The position numbers and the translations under genes are program-made. The notes beneath the pieces were generated by a model that saw nothing but the letters and a program-made list of their open reading frames with translations, was not told the origin of the DNA and did not search any database. DNA of 64,000 nt from an uncultured Polaromonas sp. (GTDB lineage Bacteria; Pseudomonadota; Gammaproteobacteria; Burkholderiales; Burkholderiaceae_C). Positions 1 to 10,130 of this stretch are shown in pieces. Position 1 is the stretch's first letter, and each line of letters starts with the position of its first letter. The stretch covers positions 10,128 through 74,127 of the forward strand of contig CAZATV010000001.1 in NCBI GenBank assembly GCA_964488145.1, given 5' to 3'.

Positions 1-117
1 CACCTGCGCCCGCGCAAGAGCCGTCTGCACAGCACGGGGCAGCTCTGCTCGGGCAGCCCCCGGGCCGGCCAACAGCAGGGCTGCCATCATCGTGACCCTC
101 AAATACCTTGCGCCCAT
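1..117 (-). CDS. dacB: 5' part of a secreted protein, probably D-alanyl-D-alanine carboxypeptidase/endopeptidase (PBP4); runs off the window edge
   Basis: Manual translation from ATG 117: MGARYLRVTMMAALLLAGPGAARAELPRAVQTALARAQV. Signal peptide plus an 'LP..V..ALARA.V' start like betaproteobacterial DacB; divergent from tsaB. Only 39 codons visible. Confidence 0.55.
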   Translation of the reverse strand, partial: MGARYLRVTMMAALLLAGPGAARAELPRAVQTALARAQV

Positions 118-249
118 GGGCACAAATCATACGTTGCACCCTGGGACCGAGGGACCGCCGGCGCGCTGCCCCGGTTTCAATCGCAGGTCGGGCTTACCCG
201 GATAATCAGCAGGGCCGTGACTCCGGGTCCGGCGACGCTGACCCCTGTG

Positions 250-984
250 ATGACAACCAACACCGCCGGCCGCTTTCTGGCCTTTGACACCAGCACCGAC
301 GTCCTGTCGGTTGGCGTCAGCGTGGGGGCCCAACGCTGGCTGCACTCCGGGCCCGGCGCAGCCAAGGCCTCCGCCACCCTCATTCCCATCATCCTGGACT
401 TGCTGGCGAAGGCGGGTCTGAGCCTGAGAGACCTCGATGCCATCGTCTTTGGACGCGGCCCCGGCTCATTCACGGGCCTGCGCACCTCCTGCGCGGTGGC
501 ACAGGGATTGGCCGCCGGCAGCGAGCGACCCGTGCTGCCGATAGATACCTTGCTGGCGGTGGCCGAAGAGGCACGGCTGGCCAGGCCCGATGCGCGGTTC
601 ATCAGCGCAGTGCTCGATGCGCGCATGGACGAGATCTATGTGCAGCACTTTGCGGTGCGTGATGATCGTCTGCAGGCGATGGCGCCCTGCGAACTGCGCG
701 CGCCGCAGGATTTGTGCTGGCCGGGCCAAGGCGGTGATACCGCGCTGCATCTGGCGGCGGGCAATGCGATGGCGCCTTACGCGCATCGTTTGCCCCAGTT
801 GCCGGGCAGCAGCCTGTGGATCGAAACCCTGCCCACGGCAGCGGCGCTGCTGAGCCTGGCGCCTCGCATGATGGAGGGCCTGGTACCGGCCGAACAGGCC
901 CTGCCTTTGTACATTCGCGACAAGGTGGCCCTGACCACCGAGGAGCGCCTGGCCGCCAAAGCCGCCCATCAGGTTGCCGCATGA
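250..984 (+). CDS. tsaB: tRNA threonylcarbamoyladenosine biosynthesis protein TsaB
   Basis: LAFDTST and GRGPGSFTGLR motifs, LDARMDEIY, C-terminal PLYIRDKVA; followed by rimI. Confidence 0.93.
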   Translation: MTTNTAGRFLAFDTSTDVLSVGVSVGAQRWLHSGPGAAKASATLIPIILDLLAKAGLSLRDLDAIVFGRGPGSFTGLRTSCAVAQGLAAGSERPVLPIDTLLAVAEEARLARPDARFISAVLDARMDEIYVQHFAVRDDRLQAMAPCELRAPQDLCWPGQGGDTALHLAAGNAMAPYAHRLPQLPGSSLWIETLPTAAALLSLAPRMMEGLVPAEQALPLYIRDKVALTTEERLAAKAAHQVAA

Positions 985-1472
985 GTGCCTTGGTTTCTTC
1001 AAGACCCGCGGATCATCTGCAACTTCTGGCCATGACCGAAAGCTGGCTCGATGCAGTCAGCATGATCGAACGCCAGGCCTACACCCACCCCTGGTCACGC
1101 GGTAATTTTTCAGACTCGCTGCGCGCGGGTTACCACGCGCAGGTTCTGCTCGAGGAACGGGAAGTGGTGGGTTACCTGGTGCTGATGCTGGGCGCCCAAG
1201 AGGCCCACCTGCTCAACATCACAATCACCCCCAGCCGACAGGGGCAGGGTCTGGGCCTGCATCTGTTGCAGGAGACGGTGCAGTGGTCGCGGCTGCAAGG
1301 GGCCCGGTCGCTGTGGCTGGAGGTACGGGTGAGCAATGCGCGCGCACGTCAGATTTATGCCCGCTATGGCTTCGAGGCGGTCGGCATGCGTCGCAACTAT
1401 TACCCGCTGGCGCCCTTCAAGCGGGAAGACGCGGTGGTCATGAGTCTGAACCTGCTGCCGGAGGCTGCATGA
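981..1472 (+). CDS. rimI: Ribosomal protein S18 alanine N-acetyltransferase
   Basis: HPWSRGNF, EAHLLNI, QGQGLG, LEVRVSN..A..Y...GF..VG.RRNYY; ATGA overlap with tsaB. Confidence 0.92.
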   Translation: MSALVSSRPADHLQLLAMTESWLDAVSMIERQAYTHPWSRGNFSDSLRAGYHAQVLLEEREVVGYLVLMLGAQEAHLLNITITPSRQGQGLGLHLLQETVQWSRLQGARSLWLEVRVSNARARQIYARYGFEAVGMRRNYYPLAPFKREDAVVMSLNLLPEAA

Positions 1473-2203
1473 GACTCGATGCGCGCCAACGCGCGCTGCT
1501 GCGCGAAATCGGCGTGAAGGTCTGGTGGCCCAGCCCTGCCGCCGAGGCCGCACAACCCGCCCCCGCGGAGGCAAGCTCCCAAGCGCTTGCGCCGCCCAAC
1601 GCTGCTGTGCCAGCGCGCACCCACAGGCCGGCCCCAGAGGCCGTCGGCAAGGCAACCGCTCCGGCGACCCGATCGGCGGCGCCTGTGAAAGAACCTGCGC
1701 TTGCCGCCACCGGCTGGCAGGTCGGCTCCTTGCAAAGCCTGTATGGTCCGGCCGATTCGGCCGGGGCGCACGGTCCGCGCTGGTTGCTCCTGGCCGAGCA
1801 ACGCGACGAATCCGGCAGCGCCGAAACTCAGCAGCTAATGCAGGCCATGCTGCGGGCCGCCGGCCTGCACCGGGGACACACGGTGCATCTGGCACCTTTG
1901 CTCAGAACGCGGGCCCCATCCGGCGTGGCCGGGCTGGAAGAGACGCTCGCCAGAAGCGAGCCCGACCTGGTATTCATTATGGGACGCCTGGGCGCTCAGG
2001 CCTTGCTGGAAAGCACCGAGCCTCTGGGCCAATTGCGCGGACAAATTCACGATCTCTGGGGCCTGCCGGCCGTGGTGAGCTACGACAGCGCCACCTTGCT
2101 GCGCCACCCCGCCGACAAGGCCAAAGCCTGGGACGATCTGTGTCTGGCCCTGCAGGTGGCGCGCAACCAGTTGGCCGAACGGGAGCAGAGCGACGGGGCC
2201 TGA
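1469..2203 (+). CDS. Uracil-DNA glycosylase family 4-like protein with degenerate catalytic motifs
   Basis: tsaB-rimI-udg synteny; C-terminal LGQLRGQIH…VVSY…LLRHPADKAKAWDDLCLA; no cysteine cluster, no GE(A/G)PG, no HPA motif. Confidence 0.75.
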   Translation: MRLDARQRALLREIGVKVWWPSPAAEAAQPAPAEASSQALAPPNAAVPARTHRPAPEAVGKATAPATRSAAPVKEPALAATGWQVGSLQSLYGPADSAGAHGPRWLLLAEQRDESGSAETQQLMQAMLRAAGLHRGHTVHLAPLLRTRAPSGVAGLEETLARSEPDLVFIMGRLGAQALLESTEPLGQLRGQIHDLWGLPAVVSYDSATLLRHPADKAKAWDDLCLALQVARNQLAEREQSDGA

Positions 2204-2219
2204 TCCGGCACGTCGAGGA

Positions 2220-2897
2220 TTAGCGTGCCATCAGTCCGTTGAAGCAGGTGCCGGTCACCCACTCAATGATGGCCTCATCGTCAAACTGGCCACCGGCCTT
2301 CATGAACTCCAGCACCGGATCGCAGGCGCGGGAATAGAGGGTGTAGAGCACCAGGATGGGCGGCAGGGTGGCATCTATGCTGCCCTCGGCCTGGGCCGCC
2401 TCAATCCAGGCCCCGAGCCGGTCGCTGACATGCATGAGCAGGTCCAGGTAGGCGGTGTTGGCCATCAGCCGCGCCCGCAAGCTCGAATTCTGGCTGGGTA
2501 GCGTGGGCATCTGACCGGCCAGCTGCAAGCGCATCATCCAGCGCACCACCGACTTGAGCTGCTCGATCGGGGCGGCCTGCTCGGGAAGCTGGTCGAGAAA
2601 GTCCTCGGCCTGGGTCAGAACGCGGACCATGGCTGCAGCGGCCAGATCCTCCTTGCTGGGGAAGTGTTTGTAGAGGCTGGCCTTGGCGATACCTACCTCA
2701 GCAGCCACCTCGTCAACCGTCATCAGGTCAAAACCTTTTTCCGCCAACAAGCGATTGACCGCTTGAACGATGGCGTCTTCGCGCGCCTGCAACATCTGGG
2801 CCTTGAAGGAAGAACGGCGCGAGCCGCGCGCGGCCTCCGGCGTCGATTCACTCGCGGCTGAGCCGCTGGCACTGCGATCTTCGTCCCGCATAGTCAT
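2220..2897 (-). CDS. TetR/AcrR family transcriptional regulator
   Basis: HTH: KGFDLMTVDEVAAEVGIAKASLYKHFPSKEDL. Confidence 0.92.
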   Translation of the reverse strand: MTMRDEDRSASGSAASESTPEAARGSRRSSFKAQMLQAREDAIVQAVNRLLAEKGFDLMTVDEVAAEVGIAKASLYKHFPSKEDLAAAAMVRVLTQAEDFLDQLPEQAAPIEQLKSVVRWMMRLQLAGQMPTLPSQNSSLRARLMANTAYLDLLMHVSDRLGAWIEAAQAEGSIDATLPPILVLYTLYSRACDPVLEFMKAGGQFDDEAIIEWVTGTCFNGLMAR

Positions 2898-3778
2898 CCT
2901 CCCTGATGCGACCGTGAGCAGGCACCATCGGCCTCACCCAGGGTGAAATAAATGGTTGTGCCTTGGTCCGGTTGAGACTGCGCCCACACCTGTCCGCCGT
3001 GGCGAGCCACGATACGACGGACGATCGCCAAACCCAACCCCAGCCCGGCAAACTCATCGTGCCCATGCAATCGCTGATAGGGTTGAAACAGTCGGCCGGC
3101 CTGCGCCATATCAAAACCAACTCCGCGATCACGTAGGAAATAGGCGCCTGCCGGGGCCTGCGAACCATCGGGATGGGCCAGGCGTCCAAATTCAATCTGC
3201 ACTTTTTGCCCGCGCGCACTGAACTTGCGGGCGTTATCTAACAGGTTCTCCAGCAACTGCCGCAACAGACGTCGGTCGCCTACATGCTGAAGACTGGGCT
3301 GCACAACGGCCTGGATAGAGACGGCCGGATGGCGCTGCACCATCGAAGCGAGGATCTGTTGGGCCAGTTCGCTCAAATTGACCTCATCGCGCTTCAACGG
3401 GGATCGCGAGAGCTGGGCCAGCGCCTGCAAGCCTTCGATCAGCTCTCCCATGTGCTGCGCCGATGCGCGCACGCGGGCGGCCCAGTGGCGCGCTTGTGCC
3501 GCCTGCTCTAGCGGCAGCCCGCTCAACGACTCCTCCAGCAGGGTGGAGAAACCATCGAGGGCACTCAAGGGAGAACGCAAGTCGTGCGCGACGGCATGGG
3601 CGAACCCATCGAGGTCTTCGCATCGACGACGCAACTGCTCAAGCTCACGCTCGAGCTCTGCCAATCGCGCAGGGACTTCTGGCGGCTCCGCGAGCCGGTT
3701 GGATGCGACCGGGCGGGCGTCTGTCGACCTCGCCGCCTCTTGCCCAGGGTCGCTGCGCCTGACCGTTCCCTGATGCAT
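2894..3778 (-). CDS. Histidine kinase core (HisKA+HATPase) without a sensor domain
   Basis: H-box HDLRSPL, N-box LENLLDNARKF, DRGVGF, LFQPYQRLH, GLGLGLAIV. Confidence 0.88.
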   Translation of the reverse strand: MHQGTVRRSDPGQEAARSTDARPVASNRLAEPPEVPARLAELERELEQLRRRCEDLDGFAHAVAHDLRSPLSALDGFSTLLEESLSGLPLEQAAQARHWAARVRASAQHMGELIEGLQALAQLSRSPLKRDEVNLSELAQQILASMVQRHPAVSIQAVVQPSLQHVGDRRLLRQLLENLLDNARKFSARGQKVQIEFGRLAHPDGSQAPAGAYFLRDRGVGFDMAQAGRLFQPYQRLHGHDEFAGLGLGLAIVRRIVARHGGQVWAQSQPDQGTTIYFTLGEADGACSRSHQGG

Positions 3779-3877
3779 AACCGCGATTGTCGTCGGCCGG
3801 GCTGACCTGCGGGCTTACTCGGGAATGAAAACCCTTGGCCGCAGGGCCGAGAGCCTCCAAACCTGGGCCAGCTGCCC

Positions 3878-4822
3878 TCAGCCAGCACGTCCGGGCCAGG
3901 GCGCAAGGGCTCGCCCTGCAATCGACACCAGGGCCTGGGTCAGGCTGTCGATGATGGCTGACTGCAGGTTCCAGCAGTGCCAATACAGGGGCAAAGCCAA
4001 ATTCTGCCGCGGCAGGAGATTGACCAGATCGCCCTGCGCCAGCTCGTGGTGGACCAGTTGGCGCGGCACAACGGCCACACCCCAGCCCTCACGAACCGCC
4101 CGGACCATGGCGTGGCAGGACGGCACAAACACCTGCTGGAGATTGACCCCGCGAAGGCCAAAAAGCTGAGCCATGAGGTGAGTCGGCATGGCATCCCTGC
4201 GGTTATAGGAGATGAAACTCTGAGTTCGAAGGCGGTGGGCCGCGGAGCCGCTGGTACTCAGGTCGGTGGTCCCCAGATGCCTCTGGGCATAAATCGGGTC
4301 GGCGACCAGCACATAGTCCATGGCACCGAGCAGGTGGCAGCGGCAGCCGCGCAGGGGCTGCTTGAGACCAGTGATGCAGCCGAGAACCTGACCCTCGCGC
4401 AGCCAGTGCAAGGTGAAATCCTGATCGTCGGTGATGATCTCCAGCGGCAGCCCCTGCTGAATCAGGGGGCTAAAAGCGGGCAGCACCCAGGTGGCCAGGC
4501 TGTCCGCGTTGATAGCCAGGGACACGCGCTCATGCTCACGCGATCGCCCATCAGCCCGCGCGGGCATGACGCCGCGCAATTCCTGCTCGAGGTCTGCCCG
4601 CAGCAAGCGCAGCATCTTGGCATGTCTGAGCAGCAACTGCCCAGCCATCGTGGCGCGTGCCGGGCGACTGCGCACCACCAGCACCGCGCCGGCCTGAGCC
4701 TCGAGGGTGCGCAGGCGCTGTGAGACCGCCGATTGGGTGATCGACAGACGCTGAGCAGCGCGCTCGAATCCGCCCTCATCAATGATGGCGGCCAGGCATT
4801 CAAGCGCGGCTGGGTCGTACAT
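3878..4822 (-). CDS. argP: LysR family regulator, ArgP/IciA type
   Basis: GGFERAAQRLSITQSAVSQR, AINADSLATW, DDQDFT, LYWHCWNL. Confidence 0.85.
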   Translation of the reverse strand: MYDPAALECLAAIIDEGGFERAAQRLSITQSAVSQRLRTLEAQAGAVLVVRSRPARATMAGQLLLRHAKMLRLLRADLEQELRGVMPARADGRSREHERVSLAINADSLATWVLPAFSPLIQQGLPLEIITDDQDFTLHWLREGQVLGCITGLKQPLRGCRCHLLGAMDYVLVADPIYAQRHLGTTDLSTSGSAAHRLRTQSFISYNRRDAMPTHLMAQLFGLRGVNLQQVFVPSCHAMVRAVREGWGVAVVPRQLVHHELAQGDLVNLLPRQNLALPLYWHCWNLQSAIIDSLTQALVSIAGRALAPWPGRAG

Positions 4823-5036
4823 GGATCATCAGGAAATCTGCGGCCCCGTCGAACGGACCAGGAAGGGGGAAAGACGCTGGCCGATCGAAACCCGCCCAGC
4901 ATCTTCTATTTTGTCATTTTGTAGTAAAAATCATAACTTTCTCGGAAATCCTGTAAAGCAGATGGACCGGCGCGACAGCGCTGGCCCCCCCGGTGTGTTG
5001 CAATTGCCTGTGAATAGAGCCATCAGGAGATGCTGC

Positions 5037-5774
5037 ATGCAGCCCGAACACGCCCGCGCCCTCCGAGAGCTGACCCCCAAAGGCGTCCTGCGGGTGGGCT
5101 TGAATCTGTCCAACTTCCTGCTCGTCAAGCCGGGCAGCGGGTCGACCGACCCCCAGGGCATCGTGCCGGATCTGGCGCGCAGCCTGGCCGAAGAATTGGG
5201 CGCCCCATTGCACTTTGTGCCCTATCCCTCGCCCGGGCCTCTCGGGGATGCCGCAGAAGCGGATGCCTGGGATGTGGCCTTCTTGGCTGATGAACCCGCC
5301 CGCGCGACCAAGATTGCCTTCTCGCCGGCCTATCTGGAAATCCCTGCGGGCTATCTGGTGCCGGCCGGCTCAGCTTTGAACCGCATCGACGAAGTCGACC
5401 GCCCCGGGGTGCGCATCGCCACCATGGACACAGGCGCCTACACCCTGTACCTGCAGCGGACCCTAAAGCGCGCGCAGTTGGTGCTCGCGCGCAGCATGGA
5501 CGAATCATGGGCCGTTTTCAGGGAGCAGGGCTTGGAGGTCCTGGCCGGGCTACAGCCGCGGTTGCTGAGCGATCAGGCCCGACTGCCAGGTAGCCGCATC
5601 CTTCCCGGTCACTTCACTGCCGTTCAACAAGCCATCGGCACGCCCCGGCACAACCGATGGGCGGCAGACTTCCTGGCCGACTTTGCCGAGCGCGCCAAAA
5701 CCGGGGGCTTGGTGCAGCGGGCGATCGACCGCCATCGGATACCGGGGGTGAACGTGGCTCCGGCGAGGGGCTGA
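5037..5774 (+). CDS. Amino-acid ABC-type substrate-binding domain protein (family 3-like), no obvious signal peptide
   Basis: GVLRVGLNLSN, WDVAFLA.EPARA..IAFSPAY, EVDRPGVRIA, QQAIGTP. Confidence 0.78.
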   Translation: MQPEHARALRELTPKGVLRVGLNLSNFLLVKPGSGSTDPQGIVPDLARSLAEELGAPLHFVPYPSPGPLGDAAEADAWDVAFLADEPARATKIAFSPAYLEIPAGYLVPAGSALNRIDEVDRPGVRIATMDTGAYTLYLQRTLKRAQLVLARSMDESWAVFREQGLEVLAGLQPRLLSDQARLPGSRILPGHFTAVQQAIGTPRHNRWAADFLADFAERAKTGGLVQRAIDRHRIPGVNVAPARG

Positions 5775-5984
5775 CAAACGGTTTCAATGACGCCATGCGC
5801 AGCTGCTGCGATCCGTGGCGTGGGTGGCGCACCGAGCGTGCAGCAGGCGCCTGCGATGACTCACCCGTTCATGCACACGATCCCAGGCTCGATAAGCGAG
5901 CCCCTCACATTCGGGGCGGGCCTGGACGATCGGGGACAATGGCGCTCTGCTTTGCAACACCAGCGTGCATCTTTTGGTCCGGCC

Positions 5985-6500
5985 ATGTCCATCGCCCCGC
6001 CCGTCCACGACCTCTTGGTCGACCATTTTTCAGAGCGCCAATTGCGCCAGGCCCTGGGGCTTTTCGCCACTGGCGTAACGGTGGTCACCGCCTGCCTGCC
6101 CGACGGCCAACGCGCCGGTCTGACGGTCAGCTCCTTCAATTCGGTGTCCCTGCAGCCCCCGCTGGTGCTGTGGAGCCTGAGCCGCAACTCGCAGTCGGTG
6201 CCGGTCTTCGAGTCGGTCAGCCACTACGCCATTCACGTCCTGAGCGCCGATCAGTTGGCTCTGGGTGAGCGCTTTGCGGGACCGCGGGACCAACGCTGGG
6301 CGGACCTGCAGCATGGCTGGAGTCCGCACGGCTGCCCCCTGCTGGAGGGCTGCTTGGCCGTGTTCGAGTGCCGCCAGCACAGCCGCCATCCTGAGGGCGA
6401 CCATGTGATTTTTGTCGGCCGGGTCGAGCATTGCAGCAGCGGGACGAGCTCGCTGCCCCTGCTTTATCACCAGGGACGAATGTTCCCGCAGAAGGCCTGA
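5985..6500 (+). CDS. Flavin reductase family protein (HpaC/RutF-like)
   Basis: LRQALGLFATGVTVVT, GLTVSSFNSVSLQPPLVLWSL, GDHVIFVG, PLLYHQG; start position approximate. Confidence 0.9.
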   Translation: MSIAPPVHDLLVDHFSERQLRQALGLFATGVTVVTACLPDGQRAGLTVSSFNSVSLQPPLVLWSLSRNSQSVPVFESVSHYAIHVLSADQLALGERFAGPRDQRWADLQHGWSPHGCPLLEGCLAVFECRQHSRHPEGDHVIFVGRVEHCSSGTSSLPLLYHQGRMFPQKA

Positions 6501-6540
6501 CGGCCACCGGAAGTCGCAGATCCGTGCTTGACCGCCTCTC

Positions 6541-7449
6541 ATGAACAGCCCTGCACGCAAGAACCGGCTGGATGGTTTGGCCGTGAGCCTGCTGCTGGGC
6601 TGTTGCCTGCTCTGGGGCATGCAGCAAGTGCTGATCAAGATCACGTTGTCAGAAATGCCCCCGGTATTCCAGGCCTGGATGCGCATGCTGGGCGCCACCG
6701 TCTTGCTGTTGCTGTGGTGCCAGCTGCGCGGCATCGTCTGGTGGCGCGGGGACGGCACCATGCGTGCGGGACTGCTGGCCGGCCTGCTGTTTGCCGCCGA
6801 ATTCGTCTGCATTTATGTGGGCATGCAGTACACCGGCTCATCGCGCCTGACCGTCTTTCTCTATACCTCGCCGTTCTGGGTGGCCCTGCTGGTGCCCCTT
6901 TGGACTCGTTCGGAACGGCTCCATGCGAGTCAGTGGGTGGGCCTCGCCCTGGCTTTTTTTGCCGTGGTCTTTGCACTGCGCGAAGGGTTGATGCAGGCCG
7001 GTGGCCCCACCCTGGCCGGTGACCTGTTCGGGCTGGCTGCCGGGCTGTTCTGGGGCCTGACCACCGTAGTGATCCGAAGTTCGACCCTGACGCAAATTCG
7101 GGCAGAAAAGCTGCTGCTCTACCAGGTCAGCGTGAGTGCCGTTCTCTTGCCCTGCCTGTCGCTGGCCCTGGGTGAGACCTGGCGCTGGGACTACAGTGCC
7201 TGGGCCTGGGGGGCTGCCGCCGCTCAGGCCTCGGTCGGAGGTTTCTTCAGCTTCCTGATCTGGATGTGGCTGCTTGGCCGCTATCCGGCCACACGAGTGA
7301 CCAGCTTTTCATTTTTCACGCCGCTCTTTACCCTCATCTTCGGCGCGCTGTGGCTGGGCGAGGCGGTCACCACGGGCGTGGTGCTGGCCATTGCAGCCGT
7401 GGCCGTGGGCATGGTGCTGATGAACCGTCCCGCCCGCTCGGCCCACTGA
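6541..7449 (+). CDS. DMT/EamA family transporter
   Basis: About 10 hydrophobic segments, two EamA-like halves, FLYTSPFWV, FSFFTPLF..FGALWLGE. Confidence 0.9.
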   Translation: MNSPARKNRLDGLAVSLLLGCCLLWGMQQVLIKITLSEMPPVFQAWMRMLGATVLLLLWCQLRGIVWWRGDGTMRAGLLAGLLFAAEFVCIYVGMQYTGSSRLTVFLYTSPFWVALLVPLWTRSERLHASQWVGLALAFFAVVFALREGLMQAGGPTLAGDLFGLAAGLFWGLTTVVIRSSTLTQIRAEKLLLYQVSVSAVLLPCLSLALGETWRWDYSAWAWGAAAAQASVGGFFSFLIWMWLLGRYPATRVTSFSFFTPLFTLIFGALWLGEAVTTGVVLAIAAVAVGMVLMNRPARSAH

Positions 7450-7497
7450 GCCTCAAACGCTGCGGCCATCCTTCACTCCCTCTTATCTGGCGAACCC

Positions 7498-8096
7498 ATG
7501 GATCTTCTGGCTGCCGGCGCTGCTTTAGCCCTGATCATCTGGTCGATGCAATCGCGCGCCGTGCGCGGCCGCGTGAGACTGCTGGCTCTGCATCTGCAGC
7601 CCTACGAAATCGAAAAGCTGATGCAAACCCTCAGCGAGGGTTACCAGCGCGCGCTGAACGAAGACGACGTGCAGCGACGGCTGGCGATCTGGCAGCTGCT
7701 CGAGGGCAGCCAGTCGCGGCTGGCCGAACAGGTGGCACGTCTGGCCGCCGATCTGGACCGTCTACCCGCCGATCAGGCGCGACTGGTCAAGCTGCCGATG
7801 CGCGGCCTGTCCGAGCCGCTGCTGCGCCTGTTGCCCACCTTGCAATTGCGTTATGCGGTCGACCTGCGGACCCTGATGCACCTGCACGCCGGCGCCTTGG
7901 CCAGGGCGGCCACACAAAACCAGGGCATCGGCCCGTCCAGCCGTGCCCGCACTTTCCTGGCTGAAATGCTGCTGATGCAGCACAGTTGCCACTGGTTTTG
8001 CCGCTCCCGCGCGCTGGCCTCAGCCCGGCTGCTTGCGCACCACCGCAGCTCATACGAACAAGTGCTCGAATCCGTAGATCGAGCCACCCGAGCAGA

Positions 8097-8124
<28 letters not shown>
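7498..8124 (+). CDS. Hypothetical protein with N-terminal membrane anchor
   Basis: 208-aa ORF, GC3-rich codons, N-terminal hydrophobic helix, QHSCHWFC motif. Confidence 0.7.
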
Positions 8125-8809
<685 letters not shown>

Positions 8810-8813
<4 letters not shown>

Positions 8814-10060
8814 GCGCGTATGGCCTGAACCGGGTCCATGCGCGCGGCTCGCCGCGCCGGCATGAAAGCCGAAAGCAGACCCACTGCACAGGCCAGCACG
8901 CTGGCGGTCAGCGCAAGCCAGGGGTCGAGTTCGGCCCGGTACAGAGGGCTGCCGTCGGGACTCTTGTAGATCTGCGAAAAAAGCGCCAGCAGCCCGAAAG
9001 CGAGGACCACGCCCAGAGCCGAGCCCAGCAGACCCATCAAGGCTCCCTGAAACAGAAACACCCGCATGATGCAACGACGGGCCGCCCCCATGGCCCGCAA
9101 AATGCCAATTTCTCGCTGCTTCTGCACCACACTGACCACCAAGACGCTGGAAATGCCCAGCGCCACAATGGCCACGACAAAGCCACGGATCAAATGGTTG
9201 GAGGCATTCTGGTTGGACAGCGCATTGAGCAGCCCTGCATTGGTCTGCATCCAGCTCTCCACGCGCAAGCCTGTCTGGCGCCGCAACGGGTCGGCCACCG
9301 CATCAGCCCCGAACAAATCGGCCACGCTCAGGTCAATGGCACTGACGCGACCTTGCAGGTCCAGCAGGGCCTGCGCCGTACGCAAACTGATAAAGATGCG
9401 ACGCCGATTCATTTCACGGCCACCCATATCAAACAAGCCAGTGACCGTAAGGACCTGGCTGCTGGAGCTGGTAGACACCCGTAACTTGTCACCCATCTTC
9501 AGGCCCAGATCCTCAGCCAGTTCGCGGCCCACCAACACGCTGTCTGTGGCTAGCTCGAAGCGGCCGGTGGTCATATAACCGTCCATGCGCACCACCCGGC
9601 CGTAGTCCGCAGGCCGCACGCCCAACAGGGTAACGCTCTGCGATACCGCCCCTCGACTGACCAGGGCCGACCCGCTGACCACCGGCGAGACGGCCAGCAC
9701 CCCCGGCGTTGCCACCGCCAGGTCCACAACCCGTTGCCACTGATCCACCGCCCGCTGTCTTTGCATCCGGGGCTGGACATGGGCGGCCACGTCAGCCGTC
9801 TGAGGCACGCGCAACACCTGCTCCTGCGACGGCTGGATCACAACATGGGCCTGCGAACCCATCACCCGGTCGATGATCTGGCCTTGCAGCTGATGGATCA
9901 ACTGCGTCAGGAAGACCGTCACCGCCACACCCGCGGTCACGCCCGCCAGCACCAGCGCACTCTGGATCCGCCCCTCGCGCAGAAAGCGTAGGGCCAGCAG
10001 GACTTCCACCGGCAGGCTGCGGGCCCAGCGGCTGAGTGCCGGCCGCACCGACCGGGTCAT
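8810..10060 (-). CDS. ABC exporter permease (MacB/LolC/FtsX family)
   Basis: VSVVQKQREIGILRAMGA, C-terminal PARRAARMDPVQAIR; ATGA overlap with the ATPase. Confidence 0.9.
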
Positions 10061-10130
10061 GATGACACCGGGACCGGCCCCGGCGCAAAAGCAGATCGTC
10101 CCCGATCGACAGAACACTGAGCCCGGCCCA

